From positions 62,001 to 126,000 of the forward strand of contig NW_026867139.1 in the NCBI RefSeq assembly GCF_026571515.1: DNA of 64,000 nucleotides, read 5' to 3'. How positions within the stretch are numbered: the stretch's first letter is position 1; the number at the start of each line of letters is the position of its first letter. The translations under genes were made by a program, and so were the position numbers. The stretch comes from Ruditapes philippinarum (taxonomy: Eukaryota). Below the pieces are notes generated by a model. That model saw only the letters and a program-made list of their open reading frames with translations, ran no database searches and had not been told where the DNA came from. Positions 52,539 through 64,000 of this stretch are shown here, in pieces.

Positions 52539-53774
52539 ATGAAGTTGAATATTTCTCAAAATGAGACACTGAAAACGGATTATGAAGCTGGATCTCAGCT
52601 CACGTATTACTTGATGAGAACTGAAGGTGTACTTATTTTGTTCTTAAATTCTTTCGTTCTATTTTCTATAACGTGCCAAAGAAGGCAATTTTCATCACTT
52701 TATTGGCTTCAGATTACATGCCTTGCCATTAATGATTTCATTGCTGGAATAGCAGTATTTCTTATATCATTTATAGACACAGCATTAATAAAGGAGAGTG
52801 TAGCGACATGTTCTTTAGCCATTGTTTTTCTCTTTGTGTCGCAATGTGCTTCGTTATATAACATTTTTGGGATCAGTTTATCCCGATTCATCGTCCTCAG
52901 GCGCACAGACACAGGCCCTAGACATTGGATGAAGTGCTACACAATTCTTGCTACTGTATTTTCTTGGACCTTGAGCATATTCTTATGCGCTCTGCCAATC
53001 GTCTTGTACAGTAAACCAGCACAATACAGCGAAACGAAATATTGTTCATATCCGAACATTTTTGGAGAAGACTTAAAGCAAGTAATGCTTATAACAACGG
53101 GATCATTTATAATGCCCCTCATATTTACAAACGTAATGTATATTACATTATTCTGTATACTCAATTCAAAATGGAAAAAGATTGCACCTGTTGAAGGACC
53201 TGTTACTGTCAATCAACAAGTGCCAGAATCATCAACAGGTAAGCGCAATGGATCGATTTTGAATAGCAAGACGCACAAGTGTGCCAATCCCACTGAACAG
53301 ACATCCAATTCTAGGACATTGCCAATAGCAAATATACGTAACACCGTGTCCAACATAGGAATAGAGATAACAAAAATCCAAAATTATACAAATAATCTGT
53401 CTGCAGAATCAACGTCACATAAAGCACAGTGTACGGAAATAAACTTACAAGCTCGCCAGTCTGCTCCGCGTGATGCACTACAAAGATCTAAACAGCGAGT
53501 GATAGCAATGAGGGCTCAACGTCAAATTCGTGTCTTTAGACTTGTCGGGATAATTTTATTGTTTCTGAATATATGTTCATGGCCCAGTATAATAGTATTT
53601 TTATTGAGAAGTCATAACCAGATAACTGCTAAAAGGAACAGTCTCATGATGGTCTTTACAACAATGTGTTTCAATTCTGCACTCAATCCTGTTTTATACG
53701 CTGCAACTCTTACTGAGTTCCGCAAATACATTTATGATGGATTTATCAAAATTAAAAACTATTTCAAATGTTAG
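52539..53774 (+). CDS. Intronless rhodopsin-like (class A) orphan GPCR, 411 aa
   Basis: Seven hydrophobic segments, N-terminal sequons NIS and NET, TM1 FLNSFV, TM2 LAIND, TM3 Cys and ISLSRF, TM4 Trp, TM5 Pro, a long ICL3, and TM7 NSALNPVLY followed by EFRK (helix 8). The first in-frame ATG is at 52539; the ORF track starts at a TTG. Confidence 0.93.
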   Translation: MKLNISQNETLKTDYEAGSQLTYYLMRTEGVLILFLNSFVLFSITCQRRQFSSLYWLQITCLAINDFIAGIAVFLISFIDTALIKESVATCSLAIVFLFVSQCASLYNIFGISLSRFIVLRRTDTGPRHWMKCYTILATVFSWTLSIFLCALPIVLYSKPAQYSETKYCSYPNIFGEDLKQVMLITTGSFIMPLIFTNVMYITLFCILNSKWKKIAPVEGPVTVNQQVPESSTGKRNGSILNSKTHKCANPTEQTSNSRTLPIANIRNTVSNIGIEITKIQNYTNNLSAESTSHKAQCTEINLQARQSAPRDALQRSKQRVIAMRAQRQIRVFRLVGIILLFLNICSWPSIIVFLLRSHNQITAKRNSLMMVFTTMCFNSALNPVLYAATLTEFRKYIYDGFIKIKNYFKC

Positions 53775-54059
53775 CTTAACTTGGCTGATCTGAGTCATTG
53801 TTTGTATGTTGCCCGCGCATGGTCAGTAGCGGAATTTCGTGCGTGCACGACAATTTCAATCACTAAACATATTGAGACAAATAAACTTTTGCCATCGTAT
53901 CAAAGTGCATATCGTAAAAACCATGGAGTAGAAACTGCTTTGATAAAAATGTATGATAATTTGCTGAAAGCAGTTGATGATGGACAAATTACAATAGTTG
54001 TTATGATTAACCTCAGTGCTGCGTTCGACACCATTGACATCCCCATTGCGCTTCATATA

Positions 54060-56687
54060 CCCTGTAAACATGCAGTGGTTGGGCCAACCACGGAAAAACG
54101 TCATAGGAAAATCGTTGTTGGGCCATGGTTGGCCCAACTCTAATTAACATGTACTATAAATGCAGTTGTTGGCCCAACGTCGAACCAACCATAAGTTAAT
54201 GCCAGCGACATTTCTGCATTGGCCCAATAACGATAAATATGTACTTTAAAACAGATGTTGGGCCAACGTTTGACCAACGATACATTTTCGTCAAATATAT
54301 TACTGCACCTGACCCAAAATTTATTTTTTTAAAGACAGATATGCATGTAGATATTTTACTGTATATAAACAGTACACTACAATGAGTAAAGACTAAAGTT
54401 TATAAAGTTTTTTTGAAGCCATGTTCAATATTGTCACATTCAAGAAATACTCATATAAATTAAATGAGAAATGTAAGAAATAATTAGTCGCCGGTAGAAA
54501 CCGGCGACTATATTTGTAACAGTTTAATATTATACCTATGGTAGGAGAAGGTATTAATTTCTGTAAATAAAAGCATAACAATTACTTAACAATTAAAGAC
54601 TACAATTGTTTTCAGTAATCTCAAAAATTCAAACATACAATAATGTTGCTCAATGAAATGAAATATTCAAATATTGATATCGTAATAAGCAACATTACAA
54701 TTTTTATAAAATGAAATAATGACGTATCCCTATGGATCAGTCATTGGATTTAGGGATGTTTTTCCTTTTTTTCAAAGTGTCAAGCGTTGTTACTTTTTGA
54801 GTCTAGAAATGACCAGGCTATGCAGTAGTAGGGGGTATGTATCAATAGATCTATAGAAATCTTGAAGATCTGATGTATAATCTAAAGCAATTATACATGT
54901 GCTGGAATAACCATAATAAACCTCCGGAATCTTCCACTCTGAACTCTAATTAACCTCTGGTTATGTTATCAATAAATGGAAATAGGATCATTTTGGCACT
55001 ACCCATCCTTTCCCTCGCTTGATTTCGAAGCTGCGTGGACGTGTTTACAGATAGATCTAAATAAATTTGTATTAGACTGCAATTTCTCAACACTGAAAAA
55101 TGTAAGTAGATCTAGAGTTTTTTACTTTAATCTTTTAAATAAACCCTCTAATATAGTAATGTATTTAAACCTGCATTTAAAACCTGTTATACTATCCACG
55201 TGACCAGGTCATGTGATTAATACAAAATGGCGGATTGGTAAAGGAAAATACTTTGATGTTTTCAGGTAAACAAGCCAGAATGAATTTGATTTTTGTAATG
55301 AAATTAAAACCATTTAATTATATCAGTGTTTATCAGCTTAAAATATGATATGTTTATAGTTTTACAACTGAATTTATTGTGATAACTGCAAAAAAAAATG
55401 CAAGTTAGTAAAAACTGACAAGCTACAATTAGCACTGCAGTGTTAAGCTCATACAATCTGTTCTGAGTATAAATAGGTAATTATGATTGATTATGAGTTA
55501 TTTGCAAAATTCTGCTTTGTTACTAGACTTTTTAGCAGTTACACCACTCATTGCAGTAGAGTGTATACGAAACTGTGTGTAAATTTAATTTTAAGTGTAA
55601 CTTCGCATTAAACACAAATTTCTTTAACCAACTGCAAAAATTGTTTTTATTGCATTTCAGACAGCAAATTTATGTCTAATTGGTAGAGCATTGTTCGCCG
55701 TGTTATGTCTCACACTTTGTCTCAGGAAGTTGTCCTAGAATACAACTGGGTTGGAAAAGGCTCGAAAAAACCATTCGAAAAACTTAGACTTAAAAAAGTC
55801 ATATTAGGTTTGTATTTTTACTTTTTCAAAGGTGATTTCACCGGTGCTAGAAAATTATTTTACACCGTGGGTGTAAGATGTGACTCTTGTGTTGTAAATG
55901 ATCATCATAACTCTATTTGTATTTTGACAGAATTATGCCCCTTTTTAACTTAAAAATTTTAGGTTAAAATTTTTAATTATGTCAAATATCTCTACTTACT
56001 ATTATATCTATTGACTTGTGATTCAAAATATTTCTTTACTATCAAAGTCTTATCCCCTTAGCTCTATTTGCATTTTGACAGATTTATGTGTACTAGTAAA
56101 TTATAATTAGTAGTGTATATTTAAATAAAATCAGTAAACTGTATAAATTTCAGATGCTGTAAGAGGAAGAAGACCGGGGTCTACTAATAATGAAATCGAG
56201 AAGACAATGAAGGAGTGGCTAAGATATGCCAAGGATAGGGAAGGCGGGCAGAGGAAGAGATTGACTAAAAAGTTGCAACAACAAAGAGAAGAAAATGAAA
56301 ATGATATGTGAACAACATTTAGTAATAAATTGTAGTAATTAGTATATATTTTGTTCTTTTATGAAAACAAGGCATTGGGCCAACGAAGGGCCAATGTTTA
56401 TTGTAGGAAACCAGTCAGTGGGCCAACGGGGGTCCAACAAGAAGAAGGGAAACCAGTTGTTGGGCCAACAGAGGGCTAACCATAGGAAGGAAAACCAGTC
56501 ATTGGGCCAATGGAGGGCCAACGATAAGAGTAGGAAAGCAGTTGTTGGGCCAACCATATACCAACCGTTGGCCCAACGTTGCCCCAATTAGCAAATTGAC
56601 ATTGGGCCTACGTTGGCATTATGTGTTGGGCCAACAAAGCAAATGTAATTGGCCCAACGTTGGGCCAACTACTGTCTGCTATCTGGG
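54060..56687 (+). mobile_element. 2.6-kb non-autonomous TIR DNA transposon (EnSpm/CACTA-like architecture) nested in the LINE
   Basis: TA at 54058-54059 and 56688-56689; ends ccctg.. / ..ctggg; many subterminal 'ttgggccaac/ttggcccaac' repeats at both ends. Removal restores the RT frame (LHILHDDFG). Confidence 0.85.
55661..56311 (+). pseudogene. Spliced remnant of a DUF4806-like transposon accessory gene
   Basis: Exons 55661-55807 and 56154-56311 (phase 1) give IVRRVMSHTLSQEVVLEYNWVGKGSKKPFEKLRLKKVILDAVRGRRPGSTNNEIEKTMKEWLRYAKDREGG..., matching the YNW.G...K..F and WLR.A.DR.GG pattern. There is an apparent frameshift near 55685. Confidence 0.7.
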
Positions 56688-58599
56688 TACTTCATGATGA
56701 CTTTGGCATAGATGACGTTCCTTTACAGTGGATCAAATCATACTTGACTGATAGAACCATGAAAGTTATCATAAACAATGAATCATCAAGACAAGAAAAC
56801 CTGATGTTTGGTGTGCCTCAAAGCTCCTTTGGTGGCCCAGTAATCTTTACCTTGTATATCGCAGCATTAAATAGAGTTGTGAAGAAATACCCGGCTCAGT
56901 TACATGGTTATGCTGATGATCATAAGGTCGCTCTACAAATTCAGGCTGGAAACAAAGAAAATGAAACTTATGTTCTTGAACAATTATCTGCTTGTTTGGA
57001 TGATATTTCTTCTTGGATGGCAAAGTATAAATTGAAAATGAACAATGCAAAAACAGAGATCATTTTATATGGTACCACACAACAGTTAGCAAAGGTTGAT
57101 ATACCCGGTGGGAATGTAGGTAATTGTTTTGTCAAATGTGTTGACCATGTAAGGGACTTGGGTGTTTGCTTTGATGCCAAACTTAGTTTTGACAGGCATA
57201 TACGAAAAAAGTGTCAAATAGCCTACTCTAAACTTAAGAACCTGAAATCCATTCGTAAGCATCTGTCTCAAAAAATCAATGGAAATACTAGTTCATGGTT
57301 AAGTCAATTCCCACATCGATTTTTGTAATGGACTTTTTGCAGAAATACCAGTTTATCAAATAGATCGACTTCAGAGACTCCAAAACCAGGCTGCTCGGGT
57401 AGTAATGAATGTGTATGACCAACCTATTGCTGATCTCAGAAAATCTTTACATTGGTTACCAGTCAAGGCACGGATTATGTTTAAAGTAATTCTTATTGTT
57501 TTCCGAGTAATACATGGAACAGCTCCAACGTATTTCATAACTTTGTTTAATTGTGTTAGCAGAATATACAGTCTAAGATCAGCTGCTGATGACACGTGTA
57601 CACAGTTTGTTGTGCCAAGACGCAGGACCAGACTTGCTGACAGATCTATTTCTGTTATGGGACCTAAATGGTGGAACGCCCTACCAAAAGAATTAAAGTG
57701 CATTGCATCGGAAATTGCATTCAGAAAAAGACTGAAAGCACACCTCTTTGAACAATTTTATAGATAAAAAGTTTCGTCAAATGTGTATATAGTTTTAAAC
57801 TGTGGAAATGACTTTGACATTATCGGATCTTGTGAAGCGCAACAGAATATAACTGTATAAAGTGTCGCGCTATAAAAATTCCTTTGATTGATTGATTGAT
57901 TGATTGATTTTAACTTTGATCACTCGTATGCTGTTGCATTTTCATTACAATTTTAACCTTTATGTTTGGTTTGGAGTCGCCGTTGCTTTTCAAATGTAAA
58001 ATGCTCACATGGATCTACGATTTTGTTGATGACCATAAATAAATGAATCAAAATGACATTGTAATTGATTTTATACCATTTGGTAAATACACCATTAGGA
58101 AAGTTCAACAACATAAACCTCCTTACTTATCTAAGTGCTAAGGGTTTTGTAGATTGCTCTCGGGTTGTTGTGTGACCAATTTAAACGTAGTGTGCCTTCC
58201 CTTGATATGAACATATTCTCGAATTAGTATTAACTGGTCATGTTAACATCATGTAGCCATGTTTTATAGCATAAATGGGACGATCTTTCCTTTCTTTTTT
58301 TCGTTCTTGAATTTAAGTTATCTAAAGAAATTCTTTCTTTATTAGTTCCCGCCGATTAAATGGCGTATGTTGCCACATTACAAAACTAATATTGATCAAA
58401 TTAGTCGTGTTATTGTCACGATCCTACACCAAACATTGCATACATGAATAGTGAGCAACAAAATATAGAAGATGGCTGTGTTATATGCAGAAACTATATT
58501 ATTTGTTTTATACTGTATCACATGCAGCCATGCCGACAAAAGGGCAGACTTTCGCGAAACACGATAGTGAAAAGGTTTTTGCTTTCTCTGTTTATATTG

Positions 58600-59352
58600 T
58601 ATCATAGTTTGGGGACCCTTCTGTTGAAAATCTGTCAGAGTTAAATCGTATACATATACATGTACAGTGCGTAAAACCTGCACTCCAGAGCATGCTCATT
58701 GATTGGTTTGTATCATAGTTTGGAGACCTTTCTGTTGAAAATGTGTCAGGGTTAAATCGTATACATATACATGTACAGTGCGTTAACTGGAGTGCGGGTA
58801 TTAGTTACCATCACGCCAGAGCATTCCCATTGATTGGCTCATTTTTGCTGGGGTTTACATATTGTGACGGCAGAGAAAGGGAAAGCGACAGAAATGTCAT
58901 ATTCAGATGTTCGTTCATTGGTTCATTTTTGCCAGGGTTTCGTATTGTGGAACAGAGAACGTGCTTTTATGTTTGACTATGATACAAAAGAGAAAGAACA
59001 CCAAAACACTCGGCAATCTGATTAATACTCGGGGGCTACGCCCCCTCGTACAGATCAGATAGCCTCGTGTTTCGGTGCTCTTTCTATTACTTATTTTTGC
59101 TGGGGTTTACATATTAATTGTGGCGGCAGAGAAAAGGAAATCGACAGAAATATAATATTCAGATGCTCGTTCATTGATTACTTTTTTCTGGGGTTTCATA
59201 TTGTGACAACAGGGAATGTGTTTTCATGTCTGACTATGATACAAAAGAGAAAAAAACATCAAAACACTCGGCAATCTGCTTTATACTCGGGGCTACGCCT
59301 CCTTGTACAAATCAGATATCCTCCTGTTTCTATGCTCTTTCTATTACTTATT
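58600..59352. repeat. Internally duplicated repeat element with hairpin modules
   Basis: Two ~250-bp units, each ending in an IR (aacactcggcaatctg..ggggctacgcc..atcagat...ctctttct); related to 3830-4142. Confidence 0.72.
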
Positions 59353-59811
59353 GACACTATTAAGTATTTAGAAAATAGATAATTAAAAGCAAACTGAGAC
59401 AGAAAAGCAACGACTTCAAAATGTAATTACATTTTCTAGATTATTACTTGGAAGCTTCAAAAAGAAAAACGGCGTTTCGTTTACGGTCACACAAACAACA
59501 CACCAGTTCAAAGCTTTTTGTTAATTAAATACAACTGCGAATGGAATGAACACAAATATGAACAGCAAAAGATAATAGAAGATCAAAGCTTATTGTATGT
59601 ATACTTAAACATGTCTTTTGTTAAAAAAGATAATTTTCAATTTCAGCATGATAATTAATGAGTTTTTTATCTAGGTTCAATGGTTCATGCGCTACATACA
59701 CGTTTTTTTTGCCTAAGTTTTTGTTAAATTGCACAGCTAGTTCTTTTTAACAATTCTTCCTCCCACAAAACATTTTACACTGCATTCAAATCTCATTACA
59801 TTTTCGAGAGA

Positions 59812-60032
59812 CTCACCGCTGTGGGTTCGAATCCCGACAGGTACTTTGGATTCTTTCATGTGAGGAAGCTATCCAGCTAGCTTACGGAACGTCGGTGGTT
59901 CTACTCAGGTGCCCGTTCGTGCCTGAAATAATGCACGGAAGGGCACCTGAGGTCTTCCACCACCAGTAAAGCTGGAACGTCGCGATATGACCTATACTGT
60001 GTCGATGTGACGTAAAACCCAAAACAAACAAA
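59812..60032 (+). mobile_element. 5'-truncated tRNA-derived V-domain SINE
   Basis: B-box gggttcgaatcc, core 'gtcggtggttctactcaggtgcccgttcgtgcctgaaataatgcacggaagggcacctgaggtcttcc', and a caaa tail. Confidence 0.82.
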
Positions 60033-61199
60033 ATAAATTTTCAACTGAACAGTTTATTTTATGTAAGAACGTACTGAGTTTATTTTACACAAGTTCTTAG
60101 TTTTAAATTTTGTCCAAAATAACGAGAATAATATCAGATGTTATCAGGTACCCTTAGTTTATGATGTTCCATAAGTGTCTAATATATTATTGATGTGCTC
60201 AATTGATATAATATCTATAACTTTCATATATATTTTTGTATATTAATCAAGTATTTATATAAAATGGTTGCCTACCGACTGCGTAGATGTTGGTGTTCGA
60301 AATTGAGTTTACTTACTACCGAAGTTTAGAAACACATACATAAAGTGTTGCATATTTCAAGATTTCAACAACAAATACAAAATAAAGCCATGGTTGCCAT
60401 GTCAAAAACCTCAGTGGAGTCCCTTTAATGTTACATAAAAATAGGAAATTATTTGAGCCGCGTCACGACAAAACCAACATAGTGGGTTTGCGACCAGCAT
60501 GGATCCAGACCAGCCTGCGCAATATTATCTAAAACTCATAAGTTATGCAGATATTTTGTGCTGTTGATGCATCAGCCAGTCATAAAATCCCTAAAACCTA
60601 CAGTGCATTGCGGGGAAAACTAACCATGTTTTTATTTTATCCATAGGCCTTTATGCTGACGATATATGAACGATCATGTATCTGATCATGATTTGAATGT
60701 AGTAGAAAGTCTTCAGCAGAATTTGGATGATATAGATCGATCGTGTAATTTTGTCTTTTCGCGTCTTATCTGTGATATGCAGGTTTCATAACCTCTGATC
60801 CCCTCAAAACCTCATTGTGTTTAGTTCCGCCCATTGTGCACACGCTTTCATTTACTTAGGGACCATACGCCGCTTTTCATGAAATGGCACGGAAGTGTCG
60901 TATGAACACATTTGCAGATGTTTTTGGATTCAAAGTTTTGCCGTTTTATGTTTTAATGTTGAATTTTGTTTAAGACGGTGCCAGGGGGCATGGACTGTGG
61001 TTTGCACTTGACAGTACCGTCCATGAAAAGGCTCGATTAGACCGAGCCTGCAACATTTTCAATTTTGGACTTTCTTTAGGGATTCTTATTTTCTCTATGT
61101 TAAACAATACATGTATGTTAAACCATCCAAATAAAATAAAATAAAAAAGTTATTATTTCAATTAACTTACTTTATGTATTGCAAAACAAAAAATAGAAA

Positions 61200-61800
61200 T
61201 GTAAAAATACAAAAATTATTAGGTGTCTATATTGATAAGAACTTGTCATGGAATAATCAAATTGAAGCACTTTGTCCAAAACTTAACTCAAAAATATATA
61301 GTATTAATGAGGCGAATATCTGACAGATGAAATAAAACAATTATTTTATAATGCATACATAATGTCGAATTTTGATTATTGCTGTACTGTTTGGAGCAAA
61401 GGAAATTTAAAGTCTTTAGATAAAATAGGTAAAATACAAATAAGAGCTGCAATGATTATTTAAAACAAAACATCAGGGATTTAAGAAATCAAGATATACT
61501 GCAAGAACTTTGGTGGATATCGTCCAATGAACGATGTAATTTTCATACTGGAATTCTTATTTATAACGCTTGTAATAACCTAGACCCATCTTATATATTT
61601 GAAATTTTGACTTTTTCCAGCGTTAAGATCAGCACCACATAATGACATAGTTATACCTAAGCATCGCACAAACTATGGTAAAAAGACTTTTTGCTACAAT
61701 GGTGCAAAGTTTTGTAATAGAATACCATCTAATATACGTTCTTCTAATTCTCTGACATCTTTTAAAAAAAGTATAAACAATATATCTTGCAGATCAAATA
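61200..61800 (+). mobile_element. Old, degenerate CR1-type LINE 3' fragment
   Basis: Broken frames read LGVYIDKNLSWNNQI, FDYCCTVWS and PKHRTNYGKKTFCYNGAK...SLTSFKK. Confidence 0.78.
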
Positions 61801-62517
61801 AATATCTTCAAAACTCTGTCATTACATATATAATATTTATTATGCATGTATATTTGTTAAAATATTTGTAAATGAAAATTGTATAAATGATATTTAATAC
61901 CTAAAAGGAGCGTTTGTCAAAAAAGATATTGGACAAAACCTTAATGAAAAACAAAGTAGTTGTTATTATGATGTTTTGTGTTTGTGTTTCTATATATTGT
62001 CTGGGATATTGTTATAACATTTAGATTAGAGGTGTCACGGTTAGCAAAACGGCGACTTAATAACCGCATGAACCGTGTAAAAGGTTTAAACGACCGTATC
62101 GAAAGAATTTTAAGATTTTTAAATAATGATAAGATAGCACATTTTGCTTCTATTTTGTTATACTTGACAACAATTACAAAACATATCTGATTACGAAGTA
62201 CCAATGTCTGTTAGGACTGTACTTCACAAGATAATATAGCGTGCAATTATTGGAGAAAAAATTCAACTAAACTACATAAAAATGTCATATCTTATCATAA
62301 ATAAACAAAAGTAATGTTAAAACATAATTTAAAACATCTTTGCATTCTAACCTCTTTTCCTATTATTTAACCGGTTTTGGGCTAAAACCTAACACGGATT
62401 TATAAACGTGACGCTCCGATATGTTCATAGAAAACAAATAACGTATCTTAATTTAAAATAGGAGTGTGTCGATTATATACATTTGTATCTTCATGTGTTA
62501 CCTTCTTTAAATAAAAA

Positions 62518-62577
<60 letters not shown>
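62518..62577. repeat. (TAT)n microsatellite
   Basis: About 19 units, read directly. Confidence 0.95.
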
Positions 62578-62579
<2 letters not shown>

Positions 62580-62905
62580 TCCTCGCTTTAATGGAATTGC
62601 ATGAAAGTGTGACATTGAAGGCCGTATGAACACTTCTAAATTAAAAAAAACAACATTTTCATATTTAAATGTTGAAATCTGATTAAGCCGGTGCTGGGGG
62701 GGGGGGGGCATGGTTACTACTATCACAATCCGAGCCTGCTTTGTCGTTTTCTACGTTCTATAGGGATTGCGTTTTCCCCTATTTTATGTAGGGAGGTATT
62801 TACTCTTTTTTACTTATACTGAATAACGTTACTATTTCATATTTTCGTACCATCTTAGATATAGTTGGTACACAGTACAAGCTCGTAATGTTATTATAGT
62901 TAAAG

Positions 62906-62976
62906 TTAAATGAGATTTTAACTTTTTATAGAAACGGAAACTTTCCGTTTCTATAAAAAGTTAAAATCTCATTTAA
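62906..62976. repeat. Perfect palindrome, 35-bp arms with a 1-nt spacer
   Basis: ttaaatgagattttaactttttatagaaacggaaa-c-tttccgtttctataaaaagttaaaatctcatttaa. Confidence 0.95.
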
Positions 62977-63240
62977 GTATAGGGGAGCTGCATGGTCAAT
63001 AGTTTTGAATGCTATATAATATTCACATCTGGTGAATTAATTAAACCTTCTTTTATTTTGATAATAGTTTTGCAATTCGAATTTTTAATATGTATATTTT
63101 TTTAAAGAAAAATCTTCTTTTTCTTATTTTCTCACTATGGTACATACTCATGTAACAAAAATTGTTTAAAAAAAGCAATGAATCTATTTGATAATGATAC
63201 AAAATAGCAACCATTATTGAGAAATTTTAGAAGCAACAAA

Positions 63241-63477
63241 TGAGCCGCGTCACGACAAAACCAACATAATGGGTTTGCGACCAGCATGGATCAAGACCAG
63301 CCTGCGCATCCGCGCAGTCTGATCAGGATCCATGCTGGTCGCTTATAAACCCTATTACAAGTAGAGAAACTGATAGCGAACAGCATGGATCCTGATCAGA
63401 CTGCGCGGATGCGCAGGCTGGTCTGGATCCATGCTGGTCGCAAACGCATTACGTTGGTTTTGTCGTGACGCGGCTCA
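63241..63477. mobile_element. Fold-back palindromic MITE, same family as 9144-9369
   Basis: Near-identical arms and a shared spacer 'acaagtagagaaactgata'. Confidence 0.9.
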
Positions 63478-64000
63478 AATTATATTGCAAAATTGAACTG
63501 CGCCTGACCTGACTCATGTGACTGATGTACAAAATATAATGGTAATGAAATAATGTATTTCAAAATAGTTTGTTTCAGCTGCTGGCCAGGCCTATCAAAA
63601 GCATTTTTTCTCTCGAAAACATGTATCTATTTCGAAACTCAAACGGTCTTTATAATAATTAATATACAATGTATAGCCTACATCGATTTGATATATCATA
63701 AACTAGATCTATTGTGTTTCGAAATATTCGTAAAGTTTGAGTAATCCAGAAATTATCAGTAACTAAAATATATATATATATATCATACATCTTTTTGAAT
63801 TCGCATCATTTAGTAGTGAAAACATATAAAGCATACTGTAAACGCGATATTGAATAGAGCGGACACTTCCTTAACCTTTTACTTCACTCGGCCTGTTGAA
63901 CTCAGCCTGTTGAATAAATAATAGCGTCGCGGGCATGCGTCGTGACCTAAGATAAAAAGAAAACTGTTGATTTTTAACATATTATCAACAAAATAGGAGT

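Larger units (their letters stand above)
53850..57908 (+). mobile_element. 5'-truncated CR1/L2-clade LINE (RT and C-terminus), frameshifted and interrupted
   Basis: QSAYRKNHGVETAL, NLSAAFDTID, GVPQ, YADD, KMNNAKTE, RDLGV, RLQRLQNQAARVV, LHWLPV and FRKRLKAHLF motifs; (GATT)n tail at ~57886-57908; frameshift near 57275. Confidence 0.92.

Noticed and set aside
52539-53774. Opsin identity for the GPCR
   Set aside because: The position equivalent to the retinal-binding Lys, six residues before NPxxY, is Cys.
56339-56591. Repetitive ORFs on both strands
   Set aside because: They are translations of the transposon's subterminal ttgggccaac repeats.
62027-62420. Possible hAT-like MITE (aggtgtcacggtt ... 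aacgtgacgctcc)
   Set aside because: The TIR match is short and degenerate and no TSD was found.

Overview
AT-rich, intron-containing animal DNA. The repeat types (V- and Meta-type tRNA SINEs, Helentron-associated elements with ~160-bp core repeats) suggest a bivalve mollusc; this is inference. Five host genes were reconstructed by hand with phase-consistent splice sites. (1) A secreted TenA/thiaminase-family gene (-, 5867-9690) whose exon 2 is split by a TA-flanked MITE. (2) A 73-aa potato-inhibitor-I (I13) protease inhibitor (-, 16958-19559), head-to-head with (3) TMEM165/GDT1 (+, 20005-33938, 7 exons). (4) A 199-aa secreted BRICHOS-domain precursor (-, 42537-45887) ending in a furin-type site and an 18-aa, Cys-free, very hydrophobic peptide (RPKR/DVGWGEVLLIVVVIIILL) reminiscent of surfactant protein C; this is the most interesting candidate system and is mostly invisible in the ORF track. 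(5) An intronless orphan class A GPCR (+, 52539-53774). The GPCR is followed by a truncated CR1/L2 LINE that is interrupted by a 2.6-kb TIR transposon carrying a spliced DUF4806-like remnant. The remainder is MITEs, SINEs, tandem repeats and palindromes. All family assignments come from motif recognition; no searches were run.
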